A stretch of 64,000 nt of DNA from Cycas panzhihuaensis (taxonomy: Eukaryota; Plantae; Cycadophyta): contig CM041465.1 in assembly GCA_023213395.1 (NCBI GenBank), forward strand, positions 75,523,741-75,587,740, given 5' to 3'. The translations under genes were made by a program, and so were the position numbers. How positions within the stretch are numbered: position 1 is the first letter of the stretch; each line of letters opens with the position of its first letter. Positions 12,458 through 26,631 of this stretch are shown in pieces. The notes below the pieces were generated by a model. That model was not told where the DNA came from and did not search any database. It saw only the letters and a program-made list of their open reading frames with translations.

Positions 12458-15400
12458 TCAGAATTGTTCAAACTTCACCCTTTGCAGCGGTTTGGTGAAA
12501 ATATTAGCCACTTGATCTGCTATGGGGCAATGTTTCAATTGTATTGTGCCATCACGGACCAATTCCCAAATCCTATGGACTTTTGTACTAATGTGCTTTG
12601 TACGATCATGAAAAATACGATTCTTAGCCATGTGGATTACTGATTGATTGTCCACATGTAAGCTCGTTGGACCTGTGTGGGTGATATCCAAAGTATGTAA
12701 TAATTTGCGAAGCCATATTACCTCCTTGTTAGTCTCAGAAGTAGCTATGTATTCGGCTTCAGCAGTAGAATCTGCAGTGATTTTTTGCCGCCTTGACTGC
12801 CATGAAATTTGAGTTGTTCCAAGAAATGTGATGTACCTGGACATTGATCTTCCTGTATTTTTGTCACCGACAAAATCAGCCGATGTATCTTTGTAAGTCT
12901 GAAATCATTATTGTGCTCATACGACAAACCAAGTTTGTTGGTCGCCTTTAGGTACTTCAATACTTGTATTGCTGCATACCAATGGTTTTGCTTTGGAGTT
13001 GTCATGTGACGAGCAAGAATGCCAACGACATGGGCAATATCTGGCCTTGTGTTGGTAACATAAATGAGGCTACCTACAAGTTGCCGATAGAGTGTTGCGT
13101 CTGCCTCTCGAGTGTCTTCATCGAAAAATTTGACATTGGGCTCCATTGGAGTATACACTATTCTAGCATCTTCTAATCGGACCTTGACTAAAAGATCGTT
13201 GATATATTTTCCTTGGGAGAGAAAGATTTTTCCATTGCATTGGGTTACCTCAATTCCCAAGTAATATCTCATTAGTCTGAGGTCAAATAGTTCGAAGGAT
13301 CTTGACAAGTCCATCCTTAATTTGTTGATATCACGCTCATTGTTTCCAGTTATCAACATGTCGTCCACAAAGATCAAGAGATATGTGACTTTGCCTTTTT
13401 CTCTCATAATGAACAAAGTTGCATCAACGTCTTGATAGCCACATACCTCATATCCAAGTTGTCTCATTTTGTTGGACAACTTGGTGAACCAAGCACGAGG
13501 GGCTTGTTTTAGGCCATATAGTGACTTTTTCAATCTACACACTTTCTGCTCATGTCCTACTATCTCAAAGCCTTCAGGATGTATCATGTAGATTTCTTCT
13601 TCCAAATCTCCATTGAGAAAAGCAGTTTTCACATCGAGTTGGTGTATTTTCCAACCCTGTTGAGCAGCCAAGGCCACAAGTACTCTAATTGTGGGCCATT
13701 TGGTAGTTGGTGCGAAAACTTCTGTGTAGTCAATGCCTTCGCTTTGAGTGAATCCTTTTGCAACCAACCTCGCCTTGTGTTTTTCAAAGGTGTTGTCTAA
13801 TCTGTATTTATTTTTGAACACCCATTTGTTTCTGACTACCTTCCTTCCCAAAGGCAGATCAACGAGCTCCCATGCACCGTTCTTGATCAAGGATTGGTAT
13901 TCCTCATTCATGGCATTTCTCCAAACTATGTGTTTCACAGCTTCTTGGTATGATAGAGGCTCGTCATTTGAAGCAAGGTGCAGTTCATCTGGTTCAAGGT
14001 CTATGGGAAGTGATGTTTGCTCCCTTGCTCTGCAGGCACCGCTTTGAGTGCCAGTTTTGCCTACCTCATCAGATCTCAAGTCTTTGTGCAACTAGTAGGC
14101 TTCTCGAAAACCTTTGGTTGGGAATGACGTTCTCATTTCCACAACATCCTCGTCTTCATTTTGATCCTGAAAAGGATCATGGGAGATGTATGGTCTGGAG
14201 GTCGATGACATTGTTGGAATAGACAGCCTTGCAACTGAAGGTGGTGAAGGTGGTTCTTCTGCAACTCTTTTTTCTTTTGACGCTTGATGTGGTGATTCCT
14301 AGCTATTCTCCCAAGATGGCGTTGGATTGGCGCACATCGACATAGGATCTGAGTCAAGGATAGTGTCCTCCAGAGCTCTATTGTCAGATTCCAAAATTTT
14401 GAGTATTTTTTCAATGTCTACCCCCCCCAAATATTGGAATCTATACATCATATTCCTAGGCATCGTTGTATCTATGAGATGGTGCTCTAGAATCAAGTTG
14501 AAGTAGTTGATCTTCTGTCTCCGCAAACACCACATCCCTAGTGATAATGATCTTCTTTAATGTTGGGATGAAGACCTTGTACCCTTTCTTATTCATGGGG
14601 TACCCAACAAAGATGCCCTTTAAAGCTCGCGGTTGCAGCTTATTTCTATGCTCATCAAGAATGTGAGCATAATAAGTAGAGCCAAAAATTTTGAAGTGAT
14701 GGACGGTGGGAGTCTGTCTAGTCCATCGTTCATTTAGAGACGGGCCGAGCTTCGATGGACTTAAGTTGTTCATGCAGTAAACTGCAGTATAAATAGCTTC
14801 GGCCCAAAGATATGCAGGTACATTCTTTAAGGCGAGCATAGCTCGTGCCATATTCATTATGGTTCTATTAACCCTTTCAGCAACACCATTTTGTTGAGGG
14901 GTACCTCCAATAGTTGTTTCATGCTTGATCCCCCGGTGACGCAAGAAGTCTTCGAATTCATTTGAAGTATATTCGCCACCATTATCAGTCCTGAGACACT
15001 TCAGCTGATAACCAGATTTTTTCTTTGTGAGAGTCTTAAATGCCTTGAATACTATGAATGCTTCATCTTTTGATTTCAGAAAGGTCACCCATACCTTTCG
15101 AGTGAAGTCATCAATAACTGTAATGTAGTACCTCTTCCCTGTGAAATAAGTGATAGACATAGACCCACAGATGTCTGAGTGTACTAATTTAAGAGGTTGA
15201 TTGGCTTTCCATTGACTCTGGGGAAATGGTTGTCGGTGACATTTGGCAATAATGCAAGCTTCACATTTGAATGGCTTAGAGAAAAATCTGGGCAGATCTG
15301 GAGTGGAATGGGAGATTTCCTTAAGTCAATCAAGTTTGACATGCCCCATGCGAGCATGCTAGAAAGCTTCTGGGGACAGCTTGGAATGAGTCAATGTGAT

Positions 15401-16978
15401 ATTATGTGCAAGTTCTTCTTCAACACAGATGGGGGCAACAACTTGGTATGCAGAAGAAGACAATGTGGTTCCAGTCAGTCTAAATAGCTTACCTTCAAGT
15501 TTCCTACCATTACTACAAAACATGAAGGCGGGTGAATGACACTAACAACTTGATCATTAGTCAGGATGAATCGAGGTCGAATCCACGGGAGACAAATGTG
15601 GATAACGACAGAAGGTTTTGTTTGAGATGGGGAATACACAAGATATCTTTTAAAGTAAAATTAAGCAAGCTTGGGAGCTTCAGGCGTATGGAGCCCATGC
15701 CTTGAACAAGTTGTGTCGACTTATCGGCCATGTGTACTACTCCAGTGACCTCTGAATCAAAATCCTAGAAGAAGTCCCGGTGACAAGTCATGTGTTGGGT
15801 AGCTCCTGTGTCCATAACCCAGTCTGATGATGATGTTGATGCAGTATTTGCCTGTCCAAGAGGTCGAGGTAGTGGCGAATCAAACTGACAAATGGTTGTG
15901 CCACAGTGTGCCTCGATGTACCTCTTAGGTCTAGAAGTAGCAGATGAAGTGGATGGTTCCTTGCTTTGTTGAATACGTGCCTCAATGAGATTTGCTCTTG
16001 CAAATAAGTCATCATGACTCTCATCAACATTGTGAGCTTAATGTTGTTGTTGTTGATGACGAGGCAATCTGTTGTAGTCAATGCGGCAATCTTTTGCAAG
16101 GTGTCCTTTCCTATTACACCTTTGACACGTGGGAGCATTATTGTTTGATTGTTTTTAATTTACGGTTTTTTGACTGTTATTTTGTTGTTGACCTTGTTGT
16201 TGCCTCTGCTGTTGTCCCTGTTGCTTTCCCCTGCCTCTTCCGCGCCTCTTCTTCCTCCGCGTGAAGATTGACCTTGTTGTTTGGTGTAGTATACTTCCTC
16301 ATCCATGTTAGCTTCAAATGTTGCATTAGGAGTTGAATCTGAAAGTGGGAAGCTGATAGCGAAGGTCTTGTCATGTTCAATAAACTTCTCAACTAACGCT
16401 TCAAAGTTGAGGGTCTTCAGTATGCCAGATGACTGAAGATTTTCTAACAGGTTCTTATAATCAGGAACGTGTAGACTTGACTGAATTAGGAAGGCCCAAG
16501 TTATGCATTGGGTCTTAAAATCCCTGTCAATGGCCTGTTTAATGGGACGAAGAGCATTGATGGTTTCATGTGCTCGCCCTTTCTGCATTTGCATCTTGTT
16601 CATCTTCAATACCATATGAACAAACTCCAAGTCCGATCGAGTATTGAAATTTCCTTTGAGGACTTCGAGGACCTTGAAAGCAGTGTCGCTGCGTGTCATC
16701 AATCAAGTTGTGCAAGGAGAAATCTATAACTAGCAGAACCCCTGCTCTAATCTTTTGGTCTTCAATGATCCATTGTCATTGTTGCAGATTATCAGCTGGA
16801 GGTATGCCACCACTTTGTGGTGTGGTGTCGGTAGCAGGTACTATCGGGGTTGACTCCAAGTGGTCCAGCCAAAGTCCCCCGTACTTGGCTGCGTTTTTTA
16901 CTCCTGTGAACCATAGATCCCAATTCTCCTTCCCCTTTAGCGTACAATTCACATTTTGCTTGAAGTTGGTTGACATGG
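12458..16978 (-). pseudogene. gag-pol polyprotein of copia C (frameshifted)
   Basis: Gag MSTNFKQ..LKGKENWDLW; knuckle CQRCNRKGHLAKDC; integrase LRTDNGGEY..PQQNGVAER; RT HQLDVKTAFLNG, IFVDD; RNase H HDRTKHI..ANIFTKPL. Confidence 0.95.
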
Positions 16979-18079
16979 TGGTGTGAAAAGATGAATAAGA
17001 GTGATACATATAAATGTGTATGAAAATGCACTAAGTAGAAGAAGGTGGAGTCACTGACACTTGTGACAGGTCTACCTAACGCAGCAGGGAATAATGGAGT
17101 AATACAATGTAAGATGTGAAAGCAAAGAGATCACAAATAAGTATGTGATGTAAGTGATCTAAGCAATATAAGTGAAAAGGCCTATATAGAAGCCGGCATG
17201 TGAGTGCACACAACTGATAACCAAAGTGATGTAAGATGTGTAACAAACCCAAACCTCTAACTTGTGTCCAAAGTAGGTGAGGTGTCGATGCCTAGGGGGC
17301 TTCTAGTATACGTAATTAATGGCCTTCACCCGCGATACCCACACTATTCCTTGGTGATGAAATCCAAGTAAACGTGGAGCCCAGGTACTGTCAGTCCTCA
17401 CCACATTCACCAATGAGCAGCGATATACTCTCTGAAAAGAAGTACATGCATGTTCCATGGTTACGACAGATATTGGCCCAGCTAAATTAATTATCTTGAT
17501 TAAGGGTTTTCAGTTTTCCCGGATGGTTATCAGGATAATCCCTGATTAGAGGCCGTAGGTATGGCTAACCTATCCCTCCACCACTATACCAGTTATGACC
17601 AGACCCAGTATGAAACTCACACCTCCCTTAGGGCCTGGACTTCGGCCAACCTTGGTCTATTTCAACCAAGGCGAGTATGCACACAAGTCAAGAACTGACA
17701 GTATAAAGTCGTCGAAATGAATTGATTTTAAGGAAAGTGCTCTTGTTCTCGAATAACATGTAAAAATAATTGAAAACTGAATGTAAATGAATGGAAATGC
17801 TCCACTTAAGTGTTGTTGTTGTGTTGAAGTGTAATGATGATGTGTCCACCTAGTGCCCAAATGGCACTCTATGTGCCCAAGTGGCACTCAATGAGGTCTC
17901 CAAGTGCATGCAACCATTAAAATCATACACATGATGAGCCAAATCATCAAATATTGCTCTGATCCAGATGATTGGCTAGTACAAAATATTTAAGTGTCTT
18001 ATTTGTTTTACAAAATAGCTAAAATAGGCCTCCAAAAGCCAAAAAAGCTATAAATGTCTTAAAAAAACACCTCTTACAT

Positions 18080-18085
<6 letters not shown>

Positions 18086-18129
<44 letters not shown>

Positions 18130-18143
18130 TTATTTATTTATTT
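18086..18143. repeat. (TA)n followed by (TTTA)n microsatellite in the copia C leader
   Basis: Seen directly. Confidence 0.95.
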
Positions 18144-19138
18144 TTAATGAAAGGGAAAAAAACTAAAAATTTCAAAAATACAATGTATACTGAAAAATCA
18201 AATTTTCAGTAAGCTAAGTCTATTGTTGGGCAAATTGTACCGTCTATTGCACAAATTTCAAAAAAATTTGAAAAAATTAAAAATTTCCAGATTTGTTGCC
18301 CTTCACCTGCACTTTACAAATATACAAAAATTTTTGAAAAATCTTATCAAAAACAAGCAAAAAAAACCTGTTTTAATTCGCGACCAAAATGTACTAGAAA
18401 ACCCAAAAATATTCATAACTTTTCAACAGAGCATCGAATTTATGTGAGACCTATCCCAAATGATAGATTGGGACGAGGAGGTCCAAAAACATGTATTACA
18501 GTAGGAAAAAACTCCTCAGATTTTTTTAGATCTGAGATTTTTAAATTTAGAAGGTGACTGCATAAAACAGGTTGTTTGACCCCTTTAACTTCAAAATCTC
18601 GTGTCACTCTAGTAGACAAAAGTGGTTAGAAGGCCAAAACGCACCTACTGGTGACATTTCGTGCGATTCTGAGCACTTTGAATTTTTAACCGTACCGTTA
18701 TACGAAATTACGTACAGTATCCATACAATTTGATCTTTTACTTCAAAATTTGCTTCTAATCAGTGAAAATCACTGATTTCTTCTTCTGCAACCTAGAAAT
18801 CTGATTTTTACTACAAAAATTAGCCAAAAATAGGCTAAAAATGCCAGATTTAGAACTCAAAAAGATTATTGAAAATTATTATAAGATGAGCAATTCTTGT
18901 ACTCTTTTAGCCCTGCAAATATGTTGCTTTTAGGCAGCCACACTCCTTCCTCTTATCTACAAAAATAAAATAATACAACAACATACAATTTTGTACTAAA
19001 AATCTACTATAAAAAGAGCTTTAAAAAATGGATTTGAAAAAAAATCTCAACTCTTCACTTCACATGAATGGTGAATAAGAGGAGAACATAGCTTGCAATC
19101 TCCAAGCAAGTGAGTGTGGCACTAGAATCCACCCAATG

Positions 19139-19150
19139 GCTCTGATACCA
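19139..19150 (-). promoter_or_regulatory. PBS (tRNA-iMet) of copia C
   Basis: GCTCTGATACCA is the reverse complement of TGGTATCAGAGC, 2 nt from the LTR. Confidence 0.95.
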
Positions 19151-19152
19151 TT

Positions 19153-19522
19153 TGTTGAGAGAATAGATCTAAGGATCTAGTGCACTAACACTACACAATG
19201 GCAAATAGTGAAGACAAGCACAATGTACTCAACAAGAGAAATGCTAATAGCTTGAACTTAAAGAATAGAAGTGTAGAATATATGGTCACTCTCCATGTAA
19301 TTTCAGCTTATATAATGAGAATGCTCATTAAAGTTTGGAATTTGAGTTTTCCCTCCCAATGACATTCAAACGAGATTACATGAAATTACAATGAAATGAA
19401 TTTTATTTCATTTCACTTAAGTGACTTAAGCATAGTCACCTTACCCTAAAGTTATAAACATAAAAGTGACTTTATCTAATTCTAACTTTATGAAATGGCC
19501 ATGTAACATTAACATCGTCACA
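19153..19522 (-). repeat. 5' LTR of copia C
   Basis: TGTTGAG...CGTCACA, adjacent to the PBS and TSD. Confidence 0.95.
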
Positions 19523-22126
19523 CTTATATGTTAATTTTTTCCATCGATTTTTCAAGATGTAGGACCACCAATTACAATTCAACATATATAAATTAATGTT
19601 AACTAGTTGTTAACTATTTAGGCTTTGCCATCCAATAACATCTTATTTACTTAATTAGTTATTTGCTTAGACACTAAATTAGTTAAGCATTGTAAACTCT
19701 CAACTAAATTTTCTCTTTCATATTATAAGTTGAACACCACCATTGTAAATTGAACATTGTTATAAACTAATAACTCTAATCTATAAATTGAATAGTGTTA
19801 TAAATTGATCATTATAACTTGTAGATTGATCGTTGCAAGTTATAAACTAGATGCTATTGAAAACCAAATGCTATCGATGACTAGTAGTTTATTGCAACAA
19901 CACCCTCAATAATTTGGGATTTGATGGCACAATAGATGTCATTCAGCATCAATACCTTTTCAAAAACATGATAGCAATCAAAGGAATTACAAACAAAGAT
20001 GGTAGTCAATGGCAATTTTCATGCATCTTAAGGGGAGTTCCATTGGTGTAGTACAAAAAGAGTAGATTGGTTAACTTTGGTAGACATAACACTGAAATTC
20101 TAACAAAGGTTCCAAAAGCTATACAACAATCAAGTAGTTGATCAAGCCCTGAAGGATGTTAGACAAATGCTAAGAGAGTCTATTTTAGATTACAAAAGTC
20201 AAATGACAATCATTACAAAGAATATGACTAATGGTGAGAAGGTATTGAACTATCAAATGTAGACATATTTTGTTGATGAATTATCAACAAAACTACATGG
20301 CACACTATAGCAACACCCAATTGAGAACTTCACCCTAGCAAAAGACATGGTTGAAGTGAAGATCAATAGTGATGAAGGAAGCTCAAATCAAGACAACATG
20401 TTGGACATGCTACGTGATGAAATCAAAAAGTTGAGAGTGGAGAAGACCTGCCATGCTATTGGGACGTTAGAAGAAAACTCTAAACTAGAAACCCTAAGGC
20501 AAATAATTATAAAATTAAAAATAACTTAGCCCAAGCCTAGAAGAAGCCCGTGGGAATCCAAAAATGAGGCAAAACCCATGAATTAAGGCATGAAGACAAA
20601 AAGGAAAATCAAGAATGAAGAAAAGTGGTGTCCCACCTGCAAGGCCTCCACACACAATTTTAGAGACTATTATTATAATGGCCATTGAAATAACACTTAG
20701 GGGAAAGGGAAGGATTGAGGAGGTGAAACTAAATTAATTCACTCATCAAAGGTGGCACCTAACCCATAAAAAAAGGAAAAAATTAGTGGATTAATGCACG
20801 TTTTACGTAGAATTCAAACACGAGAGATCTAAACGTTTGTACAAAATGTCAATAATGACAATGCACACATCATAAGTGTGGGACAAGCAATCACAATTCT
20901 ATAAATTGCCCAAACAATCTCATGGCTAGCAACATAACTACAATCATGTTTGACCTATAAAGAATGTTAAAATATGTCAAGCTGCAAAGGAGAAGCAGAC
21001 CCAAGCAAAGTCCGCAAGGATAAAAGTCAGATTACCCTAGTATGAAGGTAGAAATAAACCACTTTGTAGCAACTAAGAAAGCACTTGAAGATATTGCCAA
21101 AGAAGTACAGGCAAATTGTCTCACACTATTGAAGCTTGAAATTAAGCAAGTATATAAGAGAAGGGGGGTCAATGAAGGGGTCAATGAAGCCCACCCAGGC
21201 AACAATAACACACCTAATCTCCACCAACTAGAGGTGTCGAAGGGAAAACCAAAATCAATAAACTAATTCATCAGAATATCAAAAGAAAACATCCCAAAAA
21301 CACTTAATTGAAGCATCTAGCAAAACAATTGTAAAAGATGATACCATTAACTAAAGTCATTTAGCAGTTGAAGATAAAAGCTCTCTAACTTCGAGAATCG
21401 AATGGAATAGTACAAAGTGTAAATAAGATCCTTCTATTAATCAATGAAGATCATAAAGTTGCTATGGCAATTATAGGAGAAACCAACAAAGAAGTAATCA
21501 CAGACAAAGGTTTTGTTATAAGCATGCTTTTGGTACAGACCCAAAAAACACTAGGTTGTCCACAAATGGTTGCAACAACTTATTCGATCAAGCTCACCAA
21601 TGAAATACAAACCAACCCATGGGAGTAGTTCCCAACTTAAAAGTCAACATACTAGGAAGAGAAGTAACTCTAGAATTAATAATTATCAAAACAATCAAGG
21701 GAATAGTGTCCTATCCAATGCTACTAGGAAGGCCATGGTTGTATGAGATAGATTACCTCTAAAATTGGAAGCACAAAACCTTTAACTCGTTACATGATGA
21801 GAAAATAACATCCATGCCAATGATGAATAAAAGAAACATAATTGAAATCATACCCAACAAGGATCCAATAGTACCACTGCAAGTGAAAAGACATCCAACT
21901 CATTTGATGAAACAACTACATTTGGAAACATAGAAGAAGTGATCACTATGAGTAATCCCTATGAAAAGGAGCCAAACTATTATGGAGAGCTCCATCTTGA
22001 TTTAAACTTTGAGGGAGGTGATACAAATACCTACCTAAGAAATTAGTTGCAAGGAGCATATAAAGCAGATGGGCCTAAGGCTGGCTATTATAATATGAAA
22101 ATTGACCCCAACGGAAATCATAATAA

Positions 22127-22375
22127 AGGATTTAACCTCGCATAGGCTAGCGCAATGGTATTAAAGGTAGGGTCTCACCCCTGAGACCCAAGTTTGAGTC
22201 TTGTCGAAGGCAAATGCTTGTTTGGGGGCTTCTAAGGTGGCGGTCTTTTGCTAGTGCTAGGCACGAAGATGTTTGGGTTTTCCCTAATAGTGCTAAATTA
22301 TGAGTGAAAGATACTACCCTAGGAGAAGTAGTGGTGATTGTAATGATGCTAACACCTCTAGGTGATCTAAAAAAA
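22127..22375 (+). mobile_element. tRNA-derived SINE (tRNA-Glu(CTC)-like head)
   Basis: Box A TAGCGCAATGG at 22148-22158; box B-like AGTTTGAGTC at 22191-22200; GGTCTCACCC..GAGACCC resembles plant tRNA-Glu; A7 tail; TSD AAATCATA(A/G)TAA at 22115-22126 and 22373-22384. Confidence 0.8.
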
Positions 22376-23070
22376 TCATAGTAATCATCAAAACAGAAGG
22401 GGACATTGCCATGCAAATGGGAAAAGTCCTAAGGAAAATTGAATGGACGTTAACAACCACAATTCCCCAAGTTGCAGCAAGAAATTGGTGGATCAATCAA
22501 GGGATAACAAGAATGAAACACCATTATTGCAGATAATGCTTTTGTTCCTTGAATTTTATTTGAATGTATGATATTGCTCTGCTAGGGTTTAGAGTCGGCG
22601 GTGGCGACCTATGTGCTTCTCTAGAGTTTGTTTCAGCTTGCGGGAGGATAACAGAGCCTCCACAATGGGACAATGGAGGGGTGAGACCCTTCAGAACTGT
22701 GTTTTTATCTCTTTTGAGCGACAAGGGGCATTTACCAGCATACTCTTCTCTCTGGAGTTGGGTTTAGATATTCATTCGGTAGAGGTAGATGCAAGGAAGC
22801 AAGGCTCCCAGTGAGCAGCAGACATATTTGTAGTCTCCAGATCAAGTTCATGGTGGGCGTGCCGAGTCAACAAAGGAGTCTCAGGAGTGGTTAGACAATT
22901 TGCTCTAACAGTTGTCATTGCAGGAAAAGGCACTTGATCCCAGACCAGAGGGAGAGAGAGGTTTCCAAGGATTGTTGGCAGCATACTCTGTCGGGTGAGG
23001 GTTTCTACTTTGACCTCAGTAGTAAGATGAATCAATTTTTTGAAGTAGTTCTTCTGGTTTTTTCAAAATA

Positions 23071-24366
23071 ATGGAGGAAGCTTTGTGTTTAACGAATATG
23101 GATAATAATCAAAATTCATCCCTAGACCAGTCTCATAAACAGACACAAAACCTTAACCAAATCCATAATCTAAATAAAGGAAAATCGTATCTAGAGGCCT
23201 TGAGAAATGGAGAAGAAATAGAATCCTTTGACATAAACCCCATTATGAATGAGGATATGATTTGAATATCCATTCCAAAGAGATTGTTCGATCGTATAGA
23301 GAGGCACTGGGAGAACTTTCTAGTTGGGCCCTTTTCTGGCCCTAGACTTGAAGTGGACCCTATCAAGAAATGGGTGGGGCAAAGATGGAAGTTGAAAGGG
23401 TCGGTGGAGGTCATAGCACTCCCAAAGGGATGCGTGCTTTTTAAATTCATGTACCAAGAAGACATGATAAATGTCTTACTCAGATCGCCTTGGATGATGG
23501 GGAGGAAAGCGGTCCTCATGGAGAAATAGCATTAGAACCTCGATTTAGTTGAAGGATCTATCAAGCAAATCCCTCTTTGGGTACAGCTCCCTAGATTTCC
23601 CATTACAAGCCTGGGATATGGACATTATAAAAGAGATAGCTAAGGTTATTGGCCCTCTTTTGGCGGTGGATTTAGCCACTAAGAATAGGAGCAAATTGGT
23701 GAATGCAAGATTCGTAAGCTTTGGCCGAATGGATGTGCCCCTTCTCAAAGTGTGAAAATTGAGGGGGAAGGATGGAGCAGAGACTAGAAAGTAATGTACG
23801 AACTTGAAAATATTAGATGTATAATTTGTAAATGCTTGGGCCACCTTTCTCAAAACTGCCCTGGAGCACTAAAGACAAAGTCTAAGGTGATCCATGAGGG
23901 TGATAAGGGCGAGGACAGCGACAAGCAAGGTAGCCATCTAGGGGCTCTTGATGAGGGGAAGAGGATAGAAGAAGATTTAACAGAAGATGGAAAGGAGCTA
24001 GAGTTGGATGAGGAAGATACCCTTCTTAAAGATGGGGAGGAAGAAGGAAGGGAGGGGGATAGGATGAGTACCCTCCCAGCTTATGACCAAACTCAAATGG
24101 AAGAGATTGAGCTCGTCAACAAGGATAAGGAGACCTTAATAGGGGAGAAGGTTGCCTCCTAAAACGAAGGCCCAACCCCTGCACATAGACAAGAGGAGCA
24201 AGGAAAACCTGAGAGGGTATGGAAAATCAGAGATAAAGGGAATCAGGAGGAACACAAGGACCTGGAACAATTCAAAGGTCCAGATTTTGAAAGTGAAAGG
24301 AGGGTTGGTAGGCCCCCTCTGAGGTTGCTGTGAGAAAGGGAGCCAGCTTCACAGGTAGACTAAGGT
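23071..24366 (+). pseudogene. LINE ORF1 (DUF4283/RRM-like plus zinc knuckle), disrupted
   Basis: W..LVGPF..W..KG.V....LPKGCVLFKF...D...VL...PW; CIICKCLGHLSQNC; acidic tail. Confidence 0.85.
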
Positions 24367-26631
24367 AGTTAGAGAACTTTAAGAAATGGAGGCAAGTTAG
24401 GCCCCAAGTTATGAAGTAAAAGATGATGAGATCCGCGGGAGAAGGAGGCGATGCAACCATGAAACTTGCCTCCTAGAATATTCGGGGCATAAATGCCCCG
24501 TCAAAATATAGAATGGTTAGAGATTTTCGTGCTCGCCTCGATCTGGATATCATGTTACTTCAGGAAACTAAATTAGAAGCAGTCAATAGAGAAAATATTA
24601 AGAACTGAGTATGGAGGGGAGCGAATATGATTGCTATGGATGGGCATACGGGTTTAGGCGGTTTAGCCATCATGTGGAACCCCAGAGCCTAGGAGGGAGA
24701 GGCCTGGTTATCTGAGGATCACTTTATATCATGTTGGATGACCAGTAGGAAATCAAACCTTATATGGCTGGTCTCGAATGTGTATGCTCCCCTTATGCAA
24801 GAAGGGAGGAAATGTTTGTAGGACAGGATGTTGGAAGCCCACAAAGATTGGAGGGGACCTTGGTTGATAGCTGGAGATTTCAATACGGCCTTATCTCCCG
24901 AAGAGAAGAAAGGCGGTCAGGGAGGTTGGATGAAGAGCATGGAGGACCTAGGGGATTTCATGCAGAACGTCTTCCTTAGGGTCTAAAGTTTATCTAGTCC
25001 AATTGAAGGCTGGGAGCTCATCATATTCAGGTCAAACTAGATAGAGTGCTAATAAATTATGCTTGGGCTAGTCAGTATAGCAATATTACTTTAGAAGCCA
25101 TGCCAAAAACGATCTTGGATCCTTCCCTATTGGTGTTGGGGTTTGCCGACAACAAAAGAAATATGGGAGCCCCTTTCTGCTTTGAGCTTATGTGGACTAA
25201 GGAACCAAGACTTCGTGAGTTGATTAAAGACTGGTGGACGATCCCAGTTGAAGGTTGCGCGATGTTAAGGTTCTCCAAAAAGTTGAACTGTGTGAAATGT
25301 CAGGTTAAAGATTGGAATAAGAGTTCCCATGGGAATATTTTTGGAATAAGAACCAGATCTTGGGGGGAACTCAAAAATTTGGAGACAGAAAACTAGGAGG
25401 AAGAGAGATCTCAATCTTTAGACCAAAGTGAGAGAAGCCTTCTCCTTAAGATGGAAGGAATCATGTTAAAGGAGGAAATCCACTGGGGGCAAAATTCTAG
25501 GACCCTATGGCTAGCCGAAGAGGATAGAAATACGAAATTTTTCCATATGACTACGCTGAAACATAGAACCCACAACCAAATTAAGGCTTTGGTGAACAGG
25601 GATGGTAAGGAAATCTCGGATCAGAAAGGTATGAAAGAAGTGGCAGTGGAATACTTCAAGGTTATATTTAATGAACCAGGGTGCCTTGATGTGGGGGCCA
25701 GTAGGGAACTATTAGATCTGATCCCTAAGATTGTAGGAGAAGAGATGAATAGAGTTCTAAAAGCCCCTTTCCCAATGGAAGAGGTGAAAAGAGTTGTTTT
25801 CAGTATGACGAGGGAGAAAGCTCATGGTCCAAATGGCTTCCCTCTTGATTTTCTCCAGGTATATTGGGACATCATAAAGGAAGATCTCTTAAAGGCCATT
25901 ACAGAATTTCATGAGAATGGTAAGATTCACGGGGAATGGCAGACTATCTTCTTGGTTCTAATTTTGAAGAAGGGAGATGTGAAAAGGATGGAGGATTTCA
26001 GACCCATTAGTCTGTATAATGTGAAGTACAAAATTTTATCCAAGATCCTGGCTAATAGGCTCAAGAGTATCCTCCCTCTGATCATATCGCCTAGTCAGGA
26101 TGGCTTTGTCAAAGGTAGGTAGATTTTGGATGGGATAATTGTGGTCCATAAAACTGTCCATTCGACATCCCAGAAGAAAAAGCATGCGATGGTAATTAAA
26201 ATTGACCTTTCCAAGGCCTATGAGAGGGTTTCGTGGGATTGCTTGATAAACTGTATTAGAGCCTTTGGCTTTGGTGATCGTTAGGGGAATTAGATAAATA
26301 GTTGTATTTCAAAGCCAAAATTCTCTGTGATTGTCAACGGTACCTCAACAGTTTTTTTTCCAGGCTTTAAAGGTTTGAGGCAAGGGGATCCCCTTGCCCT
26401 GTGCTTGTTCATCATTACGGTTGAATTGATGGGAAGGTCTATGGAGGAGGCAAGGAAAAATGGGAAGATTTCGAGTTTAAAGCCTACTTCGGGGGCGGAT
26501 AATGTTGTTCATCATCATTTTGTGGATGATAATATTTTATTGGGTAGGGCTACTATTGCAGAAGCCAAAGCTATAAAGAACGAGTTTGAAAGGTTTGAGA
26601 CGACATTTAATCGTAAGATAAACCTTAACAA

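Larger units (their letters stand above)
11742..19522 (-). mobile_element. Full-length Ty1/copia LTR retrotransposon C
   Basis: LTRs 11742-12102 and 19153-19522 (about 20 substitutions plus a 9-bp indel, by eye); TSD CTTAT at 11737-11741 and 19523-19527; perfect PBS at 19139-19150; PPT at 12104-12113. Confidence 0.97.

Noticed and set aside
22140-22212. Functional tRNA-Glu gene
   Set aside because: Box B is mutated, there is no clear acceptor stem, and a tail and TSD are present, so it fits a SINE better.
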